Part shown: in pieces, positions 1 through 10,088 of the stretch
How positions within the stretch are numbered: position 1 is the first letter of the stretch
How the letters are laid out: each line of letters begins with the position of its first letter
Assembly: GCA_022821275.1 (NCBI GenBank)
Contig: JAJEDY010000021.1
Coordinates: 6,016 to 70,015 of the forward strand
Direction of reading: 5' to 3'
Source: Candidatus Latescibacterota bacterium
Lineage (GTDB): Bacteria; Latescibacterota; UBA2968
DNA: 64,000 nucleotides
Made by a program: the position numbers and the translations under genes
Notes under the pieces: generated by a model
The model's database searches: none
What the model saw: only the letters and a program-made list of their open reading frames with translations
What the model was told of the DNA's origin: nothing

Positions 1-340
1 TCGTTTTGCCGCCGATGAGATTGTACACGGGCTGGTTGGTCAATTTCCCAATGCAATCCCAGCACGCCATCTCTACAAGTGCCAGTCCCGTCATCACGAC
101 TTCGCCTGGCACACCGAAATCGTGGAGTGTGAATCGGCAGTACAGGTCCTCTATATCGTACACACTGTGCCCGATGAAATGACGCCTGGTGTCTTTCAGA
201 AATTCCAGCACAGTATGTGTTTTGCCCAGGACGCGCGCTTCGCCAACTCCGCGCGTGCCGTCTTCCAATTCGATAAACAAATACGTCAAATTGCGCCAGG
301 GCGTTCCCAGCACATAAGTTTCGTAATTTTTGATTTTCAA
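1..340 (-). CDS. Mandelate racemase/muconate lactonizing (galactonate dehydratase-like) enzyme, 5' part; runs off window start
   Basis: Manual translation from TTG at 340 (GGAG RBS upstream): MKIKNYETYVLGTPWRNLTYLFIELEDGTRGVGEAR...VEMACWDCIGKLTNQPVYNLIGGK, a typical enolase-superfamily N-terminal domain. Not in the ORF track. Confidence 0.85.
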   Translation of the reverse strand, partial: MKIKNYETYVLGTPWRNLTYLFIELEDGTRGVGEARVLGKTHTVLEFLKDTRRHFIGHSVYDIEDLYCRFTLHDFGVPGEVVMTGLALVEMACWDCIGKLTNQPVYNLIGGKT

Positions 341-357
341 GGGATGCTCCTTTTTCG

Positions 358-1395
358 CTATAATATTATCATGGCATCGCCATAACTATAGAACCGATAG
401 GCTTCGCGCACGGCTTCCCGGTATGATCTCAGTGCAAAATTGCGCCCCATGAATGCCGAGACGAGCATGAGTAGAGTGGATTCTGGCAGGTGGAAATTGG
501 TGATCAGACCATCTACTAATCGAAAATTATAGGGTGGATAGATAAAGATATGTGTCCAGTCCGAGCCGGATTTTAGTTGCCAATGCGATCCGATTTTTAC
601 TGCTGCGGATTCAAGTGTTCGCACCGATGTCGTTCCCACTGCGATGATGCGCCCGCCATTTGCCCGGCATCGGTTGACGGTTTCTGCCGTGCTTTCATCG
701 ATTTTCCAAAACTCCGCACCCATTTTGTGATCGCGTATATCGTCTGCTTTCACTGGTTTGAATGTGCCGGGTCCTACATGTAGCAGGATTCGCGCTAAAC
801 CTATGCCCAATGCTTCAATTTTTGCCAACAGGTCGGGTGTAAAATGAAGCCCTGCGGTGGGAGCGGCGACCGATCCGCGCACGCGCGCATAGACCGTCTG
901 ATACCGATCTTTGTCAGAGGCGAGATCTTCTCGCCGAATATAGGGCGGCAATGGCACATGGCCATGCGTTTTCAGGAGATCATCCAGCGATCCTTTGCCT
1001 TCGAACCGCACGCGGCGGTTGCCCGAATCCAGTACATCCTCGACAATGGCAATGAGGTCTGATCCTTCAAAAGCAATTTCAGCCCCAATTCGCAATCGCC
1101 GTCCGGGCCGTGCCATTACTTCCCAGCTATCGCCTTTGGGATGCAGGAGCAAAAGTTCTACCGCACCTCTGGTGATTGGCCGGTATCCTTTTAATCGCGC
1201 GGGAAATACCCGCGTTTCGTTCAATACCAGACAATCGCCTGCGCGCAAGAAGTTGGGCAATTCTCGAAATATTCGATGTTCAATCTCGCGGTGTGTGCGA
1301 TTTGCCACCATCAAACGCGATTCATCGCGCTCCGTCGTTGGGTATTGCGCGATCAGGTGATTGGGCAATTCGTAATAAAAATCAGAACGCTTCAC
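358..1395 (-). CDS. queA: S-adenosylmethionine:tRNA ribosyltransferase-isomerase
   Basis: SDFYYELP..LIAQYP, PLPPYI, RYQTVYA, GSVAAPTAGLHFT, LITNFHLPESTL, YRFYSYGDAM; likely GTG start at 1395. Confidence 0.97.
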   Translation of the reverse strand: MKRSDFYYELPNHLIAQYPTTERDESRLMVANRTHREIEHRIFRELPNFLRAGDCLVLNETRVFPARLKGYRPITRGAVELLLLHPKGDSWEVMARPGRRLRIGAEIAFEGSDLIAIVEDVLDSGNRRVRFEGKGSLDDLLKTHGHVPLPPYIRREDLASDKDRYQTVYARVRGSVAAPTAGLHFTPDLLAKIEALGIGLARILLHVGPGTFKPVKADDIRDHKMGAEFWKIDESTAETVNRCRANGGRIIAVGTTSVRTLESAAVKIGSHWQLKSGSDWTHIFIYPPYNFRLVDGLITNFHLPESTLLMLVSAFMGRNFALRSYREAVREAYRFYSYGDAMIIL

Positions 1396-1441
1396 TGGAC
1401 GATTTTTTGAAAAAGTGAGAATGTGGCAGTATTGTATCGTA

Positions 1442-2221
1442 TCATTCAAAGAGCGATGGGAAGTGACGATGGGGTTCTGCTGGCTCTCTGAAGAGAATCT
1501 CCTGGCGCGATGTCAGTTCTGTGTTGGTTGGCGGTTGTACGCGATTGGGTCTCCAGGCTGTGTGCGCTACGCAGTATTTATAGAGCAAGGAACGGCGTTC
1601 GTGTTTGCCGTACCAGGCCGATGTCCCATGCGTTAGCGCTTCGGAAAATAAAATAGCGGAGCCAGCAGGTGCCTGTGGAATGATTATAAGGGGCGATTTT
1701 TCGGGGGCATCGAATATCTTTTTGGGCAATCGGTAGTTGCTTTTGTGACTGCCGGGAATACAGCAGAATCCCCCGTGGTCTGGTCCTGCATCTGTGAGAC
1801 TCCACGCTACAACCATAAAGCCGTCGGTGATCTCGTGTTTTGGAAAATTGAAGTATTTGCCTGGCACCGATCCAGAAATGGGCGACATGGCGCCGTAGTC
1901 TGCGTGCAGACGCCCTCTACCCATGCCCGCTTTCATGTACATGCCGTAGAGGCGGTCAAGGCGAAAGCAATCGCCCAATCGGAAGCGCAGTACGGGCATA
2001 ATTTGAGGGTGATCGAGGAGGTCGCAAAAGGGCTTGCCCCATTGCAGAAAGCCCGGTCCGTCTGGCGCGCTGCCAAATCGCTGCGTTTTGCCGGGTGAGG
2101 GCAGTTTTTGTTGATCAAATAGCTCATTGAGTGTTGCTACTTCGTCCGGGTTTAAGACATTTTCAACGACGAGATAGCCCTGCAAGTCGAGCAGGTACTG
2201 TTGTATTTCAAGGTCTTCCAT
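1442..2221 (-). CDS. Phytanoyl-CoA dioxygenase (PhyH) family 2OG-Fe(II) oxygenase
   Basis: LHAD (HxD), GGFCCIPGSHK, AGSAILFSEALTHG, RRSL motifs. Confidence 0.85.
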   Translation of the reverse strand: MEDLEIQQYLLDLQGYLVVENVLNPDEVATLNELFDQQKLPSPGKTQRFGSAPDGPGFLQWGKPFCDLLDHPQIMPVLRFRLGDCFRLDRLYGMYMKAGMGRGRLHADYGAMSPISGSVPGKYFNFPKHEITDGFMVVAWSLTDAGPDHGGFCCIPGSHKSNYRLPKKIFDAPEKSPLIIIPQAPAGSAILFSEALTHGTSAWYGKHERRSLLYKYCVAHTAWRPNRVQPPTNTELTSRQEILFREPAEPHRHFPSLFE

Positions 2222-2442
2222 AATGTCCTCCTGTTTTTTTTAGATGATGTGGTGTAGTATCCTGGAGTATTATATTAATTGGACTATATTAGATTTCGAC
2301 TTTGGACGCAAGGAGAAAGACCAGCAAATGGTCAGTTGCAAAATCGGTTGGACGATATTATATTTGCCGTGCCTTATTATTTTTCGCAAAGAAACGGTGT
2401 GTATCACGCCGTTTCTTTTTTTCCAAATAACAGGAGTGCGCT

Positions 2443-3483
2443 ATGGCAGTTAAAACGTGTCTTATGGTGGGCGGTGGTGGTATGGCAGGGGGCTGGATCA
2501 ATCGCATGACGCAAAAATTCGGCGATCGCATCAAAATTATCGGTCTCGTCGATGTCAATCGGGACGTGCTGGACCGTCAGGCGCAGGCACTTGGCCTGTC
2601 TAATGATCAACTTTTTACCTCGTATGAAGATGCTGTGTCCGCTGTCAAAGCCGATTTTTGTGGTGTGGCAACGCCGCCGCCGTTTCACTCGCTGGCAACG
2701 GTTGCCGCGCTTGAGGCGGGCATGCCTGTGATATCCGAGAAGCCGATCGCAGATACGCTCGATGCGGCTAAAGATATGGTTCGCGCTGCTCAAAAGACGG
2801 ATTTGCCCTGCGCCATTATCCAGAATTATCGCTATGCGCGGAACAAACAGGAACTCGTTCGCATTCGCAATGAGGGTCGCCTCGGTCGGTTGCAGCATAT
2901 TGTTGGGCGCTATGCCTGCGATTATCGGGAATTTGAGTCGTGGGGCAAAGCCTGGCGGCATACGATGGAATTTGGTCTTCTCTTTGAAGGCTCGGTGCAT
3001 CATTTTGACATGTTGCGCTTTCTTTCGGGTGGCGATCCCGATACGCTTATGGGATTTGGCTGGAATCCCGAATGGTCGAGTTTTGATCACCATTCGAGCG
3101 GGATGTATCTCGTGAATATGGAAAATGGCACGCATGCGTTTTACGAGGGGAACAGTTCGGCGGCGGGTATTACCAACTGCTGGCATCGGGAACACTATCG
3201 CGCTGAATTTGAAGAGGGGACGGTTGAGATTGCCGAAGGTGCTACCGTGACGATTCACCGCGTTGGGCAAGAGTCAGAAGTTTATGAAGCGCCTGAAATT
3301 GAATGGGAAGGTCACGATCATCTTTTCGATGAGTTTCTCAATTGGCTCGATGGGGGGCCGTCTTCAGAGACGCGCATTGAAAAGAATATTATCTCGTATG
3401 CGATGGTTATCGCCGCTATGGAGACGACGCTGGATGGACAGCCGAAGAAAATCGCAGATTATGTTTCGGACCTTGGATTGTAG
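2443..3483 (+). CDS. Gfo/Idh/MocA family oxidoreductase
   Basis: VGGGGM Rossmann motif, EKP motif, EGSVHHFD; AGGAG RBS. Confidence 0.9.
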   Translation: MAVKTCLMVGGGGMAGGWINRMTQKFGDRIKIIGLVDVNRDVLDRQAQALGLSNDQLFTSYEDAVSAVKADFCGVATPPPFHSLATVAALEAGMPVISEKPIADTLDAAKDMVRAAQKTDLPCAIIQNYRYARNKQELVRIRNEGRLGRLQHIVGRYACDYREFESWGKAWRHTMEFGLLFEGSVHHFDMLRFLSGGDPDTLMGFGWNPEWSSFDHHSSGMYLVNMENGTHAFYEGNSSAAGITNCWHREHYRAEFEEGTVEIAEGATVTIHRVGQESEVYEAPEIEWEGHDHLFDEFLNWLDGGPSSETRIEKNIISYAMVIAAMETTLDGQPKKIADYVSDLGL

Positions 3484-3508
3484 TCATAGAACAAAAGGAG
3501 ATGGACAG

Positions 3509-4060
3509 ATGGATGCCAAAACTGAGGCTCTGATTGGCGCACTTTACCGCGTCCCGGAAGATGGCAAAGCCGAGATTATCGATGGCGCATTGGCTGTGAT
3601 GGAACCGACAGGTGCTATCCCAAGCCGAACCGGGGGTGATATTTACAGTAGCTTACGGGATTATGAACGGAGAACGGGACTTGGCTACGCCTTTCCCGAC
3701 AATGCGGGTTTTATCGTCAACTTGCCAAACCGCAAATCGTTTAGTCCAGATGCTGCGTTTTTTATAGGTGAGTTGCAAGGGGGAAAGTTTCTCGATGGTG
3801 CGCCCATTTTTGCAGCGGAAGTGCGAAGTGAAAACGATTATGGCCTTGCGGCAGAGCGGAAAATAGCAGCTAAACGCGCTGATTATTTTGCGGCGGGTAC
3901 ACAGGTTGTGTGGGATGTGGATGTGTTAAAAGAAAAAATCGTCCGCGTTTACAGGGCCAGTGCGCCCGACGATCCCACTATTTATCACGTAGGCGAGATT
4001 GCCGAAGCCGAACCCGCCCTGCCCGGATGGTCCATGCCCGTCGTCGATATTTTTTCCTGA
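3509..4060 (+). CDS. Uma2 family (DUF820) putative endonuclease
   Basis: AEIIDG, FSPDAAF, APIFAAEVRSEND, KRADYFAAGTQVVWDVD, EPALPGW; AAGGAG RBS before ATG 3509. Confidence 0.88.
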   Translation: MDAKTEALIGALYRVPEDGKAEIIDGALAVMEPTGAIPSRTGGDIYSSLRDYERRTGLGYAFPDNAGFIVNLPNRKSFSPDAAFFIGELQGGKFLDGAPIFAAEVRSENDYGLAAERKIAAKRADYFAAGTQVVWDVDVLKEKIVRVYRASAPDDPTIYHVGEIAEAEPALPGWSMPVVDIFS

Positions 4061-4092
4061 GAGTCTATAGACAGATCCGTGAGAAACCAAAC

Positions 4093-4122
4093 AGCCCCCT
4101 GTAGTTACTATTTCAGGGGGCT
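4093..4122. terminator. Putative bidirectional intrinsic terminator
   Basis: AGCCCCCTG...CAGGGGGCT inverted repeat between convergent genes. Confidence 0.65.
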
Positions 4123-4146
4123 TTAAATCGCAAAATGATGAATTGG

Positions 4147-4950
4147 TTATATGCCCGACAATATTCCCTTGATATATCCCAGCGTGAATGCGAGGTCGCG
4201 GTCGATACCTTCAGGCATTTTAGAGCCGACGCATTCTACGTAGAGAGGACCTGTGAATCCCCCGCCGGTTAGTCCGGATAAGATGCGGTGAAAATCGACT
4301 TCGCCATCTCCTGCTGTGGTCTGCACATTGGGGTTGTTCTCAGAATCCAATGCACAATCTTTTATAATCGCTGTTGAGGTGTATTTTGCAATATCATCCA
4401 CTTCCTGCTCTGGGCGCACTTCGCCGCGCGTGTAGTGAATGATGTTGCCCGGGTCGTAGCTTACTGCAAATGCGGGGTGATTGACCTGGTGATACAGGTC
4501 AATCAATTCTTTTGCTGTGAGGCTGATGCCCCCGTGTGGCTTGAGAGAAATGCCCAGGTCTAAGGTTGCCGCGTGTTCAGAGGCACGACGCATGACTTCG
4601 GGATATATGCCGTAATATTCTTTTTTTCCCGTTCCCAATTCCAATATCCACTTTGCGCCGAGTTCGGCGGCGTTATCCAATAATTGTTTATACGCATCTA
4701 CTGCGCCATCCGCGCCGAGGTCCAATAGTGCTCTGCCGAGCAACATGGATGGACTGACGCCTGCTTGCGCCGCGGCCTTTTTCGCGGCTGCGATTTGCGC
4801 GGCACTGCTTTCTGTATTTACGGGTATAACGCCATCGTGTGCAAATACAGCTACGTCTGTGTATCCCGCACTTGCGATGTGTTCACATGCCTCTGCAAAT
4901 GACAGGGCATTAAGAGGTCGTGTTGTGCTGCCAATGACCAGTTCCATCAC
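4147..4950 (-). CDS. Sugar phosphate isomerase/epimerase (xylose isomerase-like TIM barrel)
   Basis: KPHGG, YDPGN, IKD, GDGEVDF, GFTGPLYVE motifs. Confidence 0.82.
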   Translation of the reverse strand: MMELVIGSTTRPLNALSFAEACEHIASAGYTDVAVFAHDGVIPVNTESSAAQIAAAKKAAAQAGVSPSMLLGRALLDLGADGAVDAYKQLLDNAAELGAKWILELGTGKKEYYGIYPEVMRRASEHAATLDLGISLKPHGGISLTAKELIDLYHQVNHPAFAVSYDPGNIIHYTRGEVRPEQEVDDIAKYTSTAIIKDCALDSENNPNVQTTAGDGEVDFHRILSGLTGGGFTGPLYVECVGSKMPEGIDRDLAFTLGYIKGILSGI

Positions 4951-4981
4951 TTACTCCTTCCTCAATATTTGTTTTTTGACA

Positions 4982-5065
4982 GGCGAGCACAGGAGCCTGC
5001 CCCGTAGTGCTTTGATACGGGGGCACCGCCCCTACTGCCTTTTCATCTGCGTCCATCTGCGGATT
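4982..5065. repeat. Nested REP-like palindromic elements
   Basis: GGCGAGCACAGGAG...GCACCGCCCCTAC interrupted by the hairpin CCCCGTAGTGCTTTGATACGGGG, followed by ATCTGCGTCCATCTGCGG; a related copy of the last part lies at 34419-34444. Confidence 0.55.
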
Positions 5066-5069
5066 GTGT

Positions 5070-5870
5070 TCAACCGTGGGTACTAATGTCTTTTCCACAA
5101 TGTGGGCATTTATCGCCGCGATGAGATTCCTGCATGGCTTCGACAAATCCAGAACTCAAGATGCCTGCGGGCAAGGCAAACATGCCAACGCCGAGTACGG
5201 CAATTAATGCCCCCAGGACTTTGCCCAATGGCGTTATGGGAAAGACATCGCCATAGCCCACGGTTGTCAGCGTTACTATTCCCCACCACATGGTTGTTGG
5301 AATGCTCGAGAATGCCTCGGGTTGTGCATGGTGTTCGACAAAATACATCAGACTGGATACAATGATTAATAATATCGCCAATGCAAATACCGCGATATAA
5401 AGCTCATGGCGTTTTTCCCATATTACCCGGCCAAACATTTGCATCGAACGCGAATAGCGACCCACTTTGAGCAGGCGAAATAAACGCAACAAGCGCAGGG
5501 GTAGCGTGTAATCGGGCGGTATTGTGACCAGCACAAAGACGTAATAGGGAAATATGGCCATGAGATCAATCAGTGCCAGAGGCGTCAGCATAAATGCCAA
5601 TCGCCCAATCAGGGGGCGCGCGAATTTTGTATCTGCGGTGCAACACCAGATACGCAGCAGGTATTCAACGGTGAAGATCACCACACATATAGTTTCAAAA
5701 ATTTCGATAGATTCGCCATAAGTTTCTTTAACTCCCCCGACGGTTTCGAGTATGACCATTGTCACATTCAAGATAATGAGGGTGAGAATAAAAAGATCAA
5801 CTATGCGGCTCAGTAGATCTCCTTTCTCGGCTTTTTCCATAATTTCGTACAAGCGTTTTTTTGTTGTCAT
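5070..5870 (-). CDS. Voltage-gated potassium channel (6TM ion transporter)
   Basis: S4 LRLLRLFRLLKVGRY, pore WWGIVTLTTVGYGD, C-terminal CPHCG. Confidence 0.93.
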   Translation of the reverse strand: MTTKKRLYEIMEKAEKGDLLSRIVDLFILTLIILNVTMVILETVGGVKETYGESIEIFETICVVIFTVEYLLRIWCCTADTKFARPLIGRLAFMLTPLALIDLMAIFPYYVFVLVTIPPDYTLPLRLLRLFRLLKVGRYSRSMQMFGRVIWEKRHELYIAVFALAILLIIVSSLMYFVEHHAQPEAFSSIPTTMWWGIVTLTTVGYGDVFPITPLGKVLGALIAVLGVGMFALPAGILSSGFVEAMQESHRGDKCPHCGKDISTHG

Positions 5871-5991
5871 CGCGTTTACCTCCCGCTTCAAAATAGAATT
5901 GTTTTGGGATCTTTACAAGTGAATATTAAGCGGTGAGAGGGAAAAGAAGACAGCGAATAATCTAAGCTGTCTCACAACACAGGAGGTTTAT

Positions 5992-7935
5992 TTGTCCGAT
6001 TTTTTAAAGAATCCAATTGTCAGGGTGATTTTTGCGATTATTCTTGCGGTGGTTCTGGCGGGCGTTTTGCCGGGGAACAGGGAGCGCGTTTTACACGAGC
6101 AACTGTTGACTGCGATTCCCAAATTGGCGGAGCAGTTCGGCGATTATCCGTGGGGGCTGTCGCCAGATGCGGATCACATGTTACAAAAGGCTTTTGCCGA
6201 AGCGCAAGGTCGTCGGCCTGCTGTGTCTGTTGAGGGTGCGGAGATTGTATTTCGCGGCGCGGCAACCTCCGAGGGTTATCACCTCGTTGCTGTGCGTGGT
6301 TCTGATGAACGCGGGGAAGTTTTGTCGCCCGTTACGGCGTGGAGTCTTTTTCCACCCGTTGCTGCGATTCTGGTGGCTATTATCAGCGGGCGTCTTATTC
6401 TGGGGCTCTCGCTCTCTATTCTCGCGGGGGGATTTCTCGCGTCGCTGGGAGAACCGCTTTATTATTTGCCGGTTATTGCGCTGCAAAAATCCCTGATTGA
6501 CTATGTTTGGACGCCTTTGGAAAGTTCGTTTCAGCTCTATATTCTCGCGTTTACTGCAGGGCTTATTGGTATGGTGCGCGTTACTACGCTTTCTGGTGGC
6601 AATCGCGGCATTGCCAATGTGCTCGCCCGACGTGCCGAGGGCGCGCGATCGACGCGGTTGGCGGCATTTTTTATGGGTCTTGCCATTTTTTTTGACGACT
6701 ATGCCAATTCTATTGTGGTTGGCTCTACGTTGCGCCCGATAGCGGACCGATTCAGAGTGTCGCGGGAAAAACTCGCGTATATTGTCGATTCAACTGCCGC
6801 CCCTATTGCCGGTATTGCGATTATCAGTACGTGGATTGGATACGAAGTCAGCCTTTTTCAGGATTTGATGATGGATCTCAAGACCGGGCTGTCGGGATAC
6901 CAGCTTTTTTTTAATGCTCTGCCTTTGCGTTTTTATTGTTTACTCACGCTCACTTTTGTGTTGCTTTCGGCGTATCTCCGCCGCGATTACGGTCCCATGC
7001 TCGCCGCAGAACGCCGCGCACAAACAACGGGTCAGGTGATGCGCCCCGGCGCGGCGCCAATGACGGGACGCGCACAGGATGAAATTGGCCCTGTTGAGGG
7101 TGTGCATCCCGTTTGGTGGGCGGCTGTTTTTCCCGTGATTCTCGTTATTGTGTGCGTTATTGGGGGGATGGCTTTTGATACGTGGAATCACGAGAGCGTT
7201 CTCGCTGCGCGGCGGGATTATGGTTTGATGAGTAGCGCGTTTTGGAGTGCGTGTTTTTCAAATGCCAATACCGCCCAGGTTCTTTTTGTGGCGGCGATGC
7301 TCGGTTCTGCGCTCGCGATTGTGATCGCTATTACGCGCAGGCATGTTGAAACGGGTGCGCGGGTTATTTCTGCGGGGGATGCTGTCTCGACATGGGCGCG
7401 CGGTATTGTCGGCGTGTGGTATGCGATTGTTATTTTGATTCTCGCATGGGCGATTAAAGAGGTCTGCGCGGATGCGGGTACGTCAATTTATCTCACCGCG
7501 GCACTTTCTCCGCTTATTTCCCCAGGGCTGCTGCCTTTGCTGATTTTTCTTCTCGCTGCTCTTGTTGCTTTTTCAATTGGCACGTCCTGGACGACTATGG
7601 CGATTCTCATCCCTACGGTTGTTCCGCTCGCACATGCGTTGGGGGGGCTGCCGCTGACTATTCTGGCAGCCGCGGCTGTGCTCGATGGAGCGATTTTTGG
7701 CGATCATTGCTCGCCTATTAGCGATACCACCGTGATGGCGAGTATCGCATCGTCTTGTGACCATCTGGATCACGTTAAAACACAGCTACCCTACGCGCTT
7801 ACGACAATGAGTGTCGCGGGTATTTTTGGCTATTTGGGGACGGCGCTGGTTTATCCGGGTTGGGTTGGTCTTATTTTTGGACTAATTGCCATACCAATAA
7901 TTCTTCTCGCCATAGGTAAAAATCCGGATGAATAG
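5992..7935 (+). CDS. Na+/H+ antiporter NhaC family protein
   Basis: FFDDYAN, SREKLAYIVDSTAAP, GTSWTT, GAIFGDHCSPISDTT, HVKTQLPYA. Confidence 0.9.
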   Translation: MSDFLKNPIVRVIFAIILAVVLAGVLPGNRERVLHEQLLTAIPKLAEQFGDYPWGLSPDADHMLQKAFAEAQGRRPAVSVEGAEIVFRGAATSEGYHLVAVRGSDERGEVLSPVTAWSLFPPVAAILVAIISGRLILGLSLSILAGGFLASLGEPLYYLPVIALQKSLIDYVWTPLESSFQLYILAFTAGLIGMVRVTTLSGGNRGIANVLARRAEGARSTRLAAFFMGLAIFFDDYANSIVVGSTLRPIADRFRVSREKLAYIVDSTAAPIAGIAIISTWIGYEVSLFQDLMMDLKTGLSGYQLFFNALPLRFYCLLTLTFVLLSAYLRRDYGPMLAAERRAQTTGQVMRPGAAPMTGRAQDEIGPVEGVHPVWWAAVFPVILVIVCVIGGMAFDTWNHESVLAARRDYGLMSSAFWSACFSNANTAQVLFVAAMLGSALAIVIAITRRHVETGARVISAGDAVSTWARGIVGVWYAIVILILAWAIKEVCADAGTSIYLTAALSPLISPGLLPLLIFLLAALVAFSIGTSWTTMAILIPTVVPLAHALGGLPLTILAAAAVLDGAIFGDHCSPISDTTVMASIASSCDHLDHVKTQLPYALTTMSVAGIFGYLGTALVYPGWVGLIFGLIAIPIILLAIGKNPDE

Positions 7936-8112
7936 CGGTTAGTAGTAAAAGGCGATAAGCACCAAGGTACGGGTAAAAAAGAAAAAAGATATCCGATTGG
8001 TCACACGACAGAGCGACGGTTTGAAAATATCCGATTGATTTTTCACAATAAATTCGTTTTTTTGTTCAAGAATTTAGTTTTTACGTAAGGACACGCTGAC
8101 CAAGGAACAGAT

Positions 8113-9324
8113 ATGTTATTTCATAGCTTGAAGTTTTCGGGACTTTTATCCTTTGGACCGCAGGGGATCGATTTGCCAATGGAGCCGCTGAACGTCCTTA
8201 TCGGCCCGAATGGTTCGGGCAAGTCCAACTTTTTGGAGGCGATTTCGTTGTTCCAGGCCGCGCCACGCGGTATCGGGGAACCTATCTCACGCATGGGTGG
8301 CATCCGTGAGTGGCTGTGGAAGGGACCAGATGCACCGCATTCGATTACTTTGGAGGCTCTGGTTGACTTTTCGATGTACGAAAGCCTACTGCGACATTCG
8401 TTGAGTCTCATTGAATATGTTAGATCCCCCGTAGTGACTGACGAACGAGTGGAACCCACCAAAGCACCATTGATAGAACCTGCAAACTTGTCCTACTACC
8501 GCCCCCCTCAAAACGCGCAAGAGCCATTAGAGATGGCATATATTAAAGCACAGGCAGTATTGAAACCGGAGAAGCTTGTGGTCACGCGCCGATCAGGTGT
8601 TGTCGAATTTCCGAGCGAGTTTCAACCAGAGGAGTCCTTGCTCTCTCATTCTGCCACTATAGAAAATTTAGCACTTTGGTATCTAAAGGAGCAATACTCG
8701 CGCATTCGTCTCTACCGTAACTGGTCGTTCGGACCTGACGCGCATTTACGCCAACCCTGCAACGCACACGCCCGTAGCGATTTTCTGGATGAGGGTGCTG
8801 AGAACCTGCCACTTGTGCTGTCCCAACTGCAAGGAACGGATAAGAGAAAGTTTCTGGATGCGTTGGACAAGCTATTTGATGGTATTGTCGATATGAATTG
8901 CCCTGTAACGAGCGGTACGGTGGCGTTATTTCTGGAAGAAGAGGACGGACGCTATATTCCTGCCACTCGCCTCTCGGATGGGACGCTACGTTACTTGAGT
9001 TTGTTGGCTGTCTTATTGCATCCCGAACCGCCGCCTCTGATTTGTATTGAGGAACCGGAATTGGGGTTGCACCCTGATCTGTTGCCCACGTTGAGCGACT
9101 TGATGTGCGAAGCGTCAAAGCGCAGTCAAGTGATCGTTACGACTCATTCCGATGTGCTTGTGGATGCGCTGACAGATAAGCCGGAGAGCGTAGTAGTCTG
9201 CGAGAAACACGATGGACAGACGGAGATGCGCCGTCTCGATAAGGAAGATTTGGCAAAGTGGTTGAAGAAATACAGACTTGGCGATCTTTGGACTTCGGGT
9301 GAATTAGGCGGCAATCGATGGTAA
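8113..9324 (+). CDS. AAA_21/AAA_15-type ABC-fold ATPase
   Basis: Walker A GPNGSGKSN, signature LSDGT, Walker B ICIEEPE, H-loop TTHS, C-terminal LGDLWTSGELGGNRW. Confidence 0.9.
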   Translation: MLFHSLKFSGLLSFGPQGIDLPMEPLNVLIGPNGSGKSNFLEAISLFQAAPRGIGEPISRMGGIREWLWKGPDAPHSITLEALVDFSMYESLLRHSLSLIEYVRSPVVTDERVEPTKAPLIEPANLSYYRPPQNAQEPLEMAYIKAQAVLKPEKLVVTRRSGVVEFPSEFQPEESLLSHSATIENLALWYLKEQYSRIRLYRNWSFGPDAHLRQPCNAHARSDFLDEGAENLPLVLSQLQGTDKRKFLDALDKLFDGIVDMNCPVTSGTVALFLEEEDGRYIPATRLSDGTLRYLSLLAVLLHPEPPPLICIEEPELGLHPDLLPTLSDLMCEASKRSQVIVTTHSDVLVDALTDKPESVVVCEKHDGQTEMRRLDKEDLAKWLKKYRLGDLWTSGELGGNRW

Positions 9325-9914
9325 CGGCAACATTATATATTGAAGGTGGCGGAGAAGGTAAAGATCTTCGCGCGCGTTTCCGCGAGGGCTGGAACGAATT
9401 TTTCAAATCTGCTGGTGTTGGCAGTAAGACAAAGATTGTACGGGGCGGAGGACGTGACCAGACCTTTGACCGATTTACCACAGCCATTAAGGATGATAGT
9501 CCTGATATGATTTCTCTCTTGCTTGTAGATAGTGAGGGTCCGGTTGCTGTGGGCAACTCGGTCTGGCAGCACTTGTACGCCCGCGATGGTTGGTCTCAGC
9601 CCCCTGATGCAGACGACGACCAGGCGTTTCTAATGGTTCAGATTATGGAGACCTGGTTCTTAGCTGATCGTGTGGCGTTGCAAAAGTACTTTGGCGCGAG
9701 GTTTAAGCAGAACGCGCTCAAAAAATGGCCCAAATTAGAGGATGTGCCCAAACTAACAGTTCTCAATGCGCTCGCCAGTGCTACCGCCTCATGCTCTAAA
9801 CGCTATTCCAAAGGCAAGATCTCATTTGAGTTGTTAGCGCGAATTAGCCCCTCTCTCGTCGAAGCAGCATGCCCGCATGCCAAGGCACTTCTAAATCGAT
9901 TGAAGGATATGTGA
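9318..9914 (+). CDS. DUF4276-like (TOPRIM-fold) protein coupled to the ATPase
   Basis: YIEGGG, LLVDSEGPV, MVQIMETWFLAD, YSKG motifs; 7-bp overlap with the ATPase gene. Confidence 0.8.
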   Translation: MVTATLYIEGGGEGKDLRARFREGWNEFFKSAGVGSKTKIVRGGGRDQTFDRFTTAIKDDSPDMISLLLVDSEGPVAVGNSVWQHLYARDGWSQPPDADDDQAFLMVQIMETWFLADRVALQKYFGARFKQNALKKWPKLEDVPKLTVLNALASATASCSKRYSKGKISFELLARISPSLVEAACPHAKALLNRLKDM

Positions 9915-10088
9915 TGCACTAGCGATGAGATGGAATAAAAAGGTAGCGAAAAATATAGACACGTTTCAGGGGGAAAATTTGACACATTGTAGATGATACA
10001 ACTTGTAATCCCATCCTTATAATCCTACCTTGAATGATTCAATTTTATTCCATTCGACTCAGAAAACGTGTAGCTGAGGCTTAACTCC

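Noticed and set aside
2404-3270. Long antisense ORFs (also 44316-45410, 51928-52752, 63482-63979 and similar)
   Set aside because: They are shadows of well-supported genes on the opposite strand and have no recognisable motifs
3481-4075. Target-site duplication around the Uma2 gene
   Set aside because: Only weak similarity (AGTCATAGA vs AGTCTATAGA), too short to support
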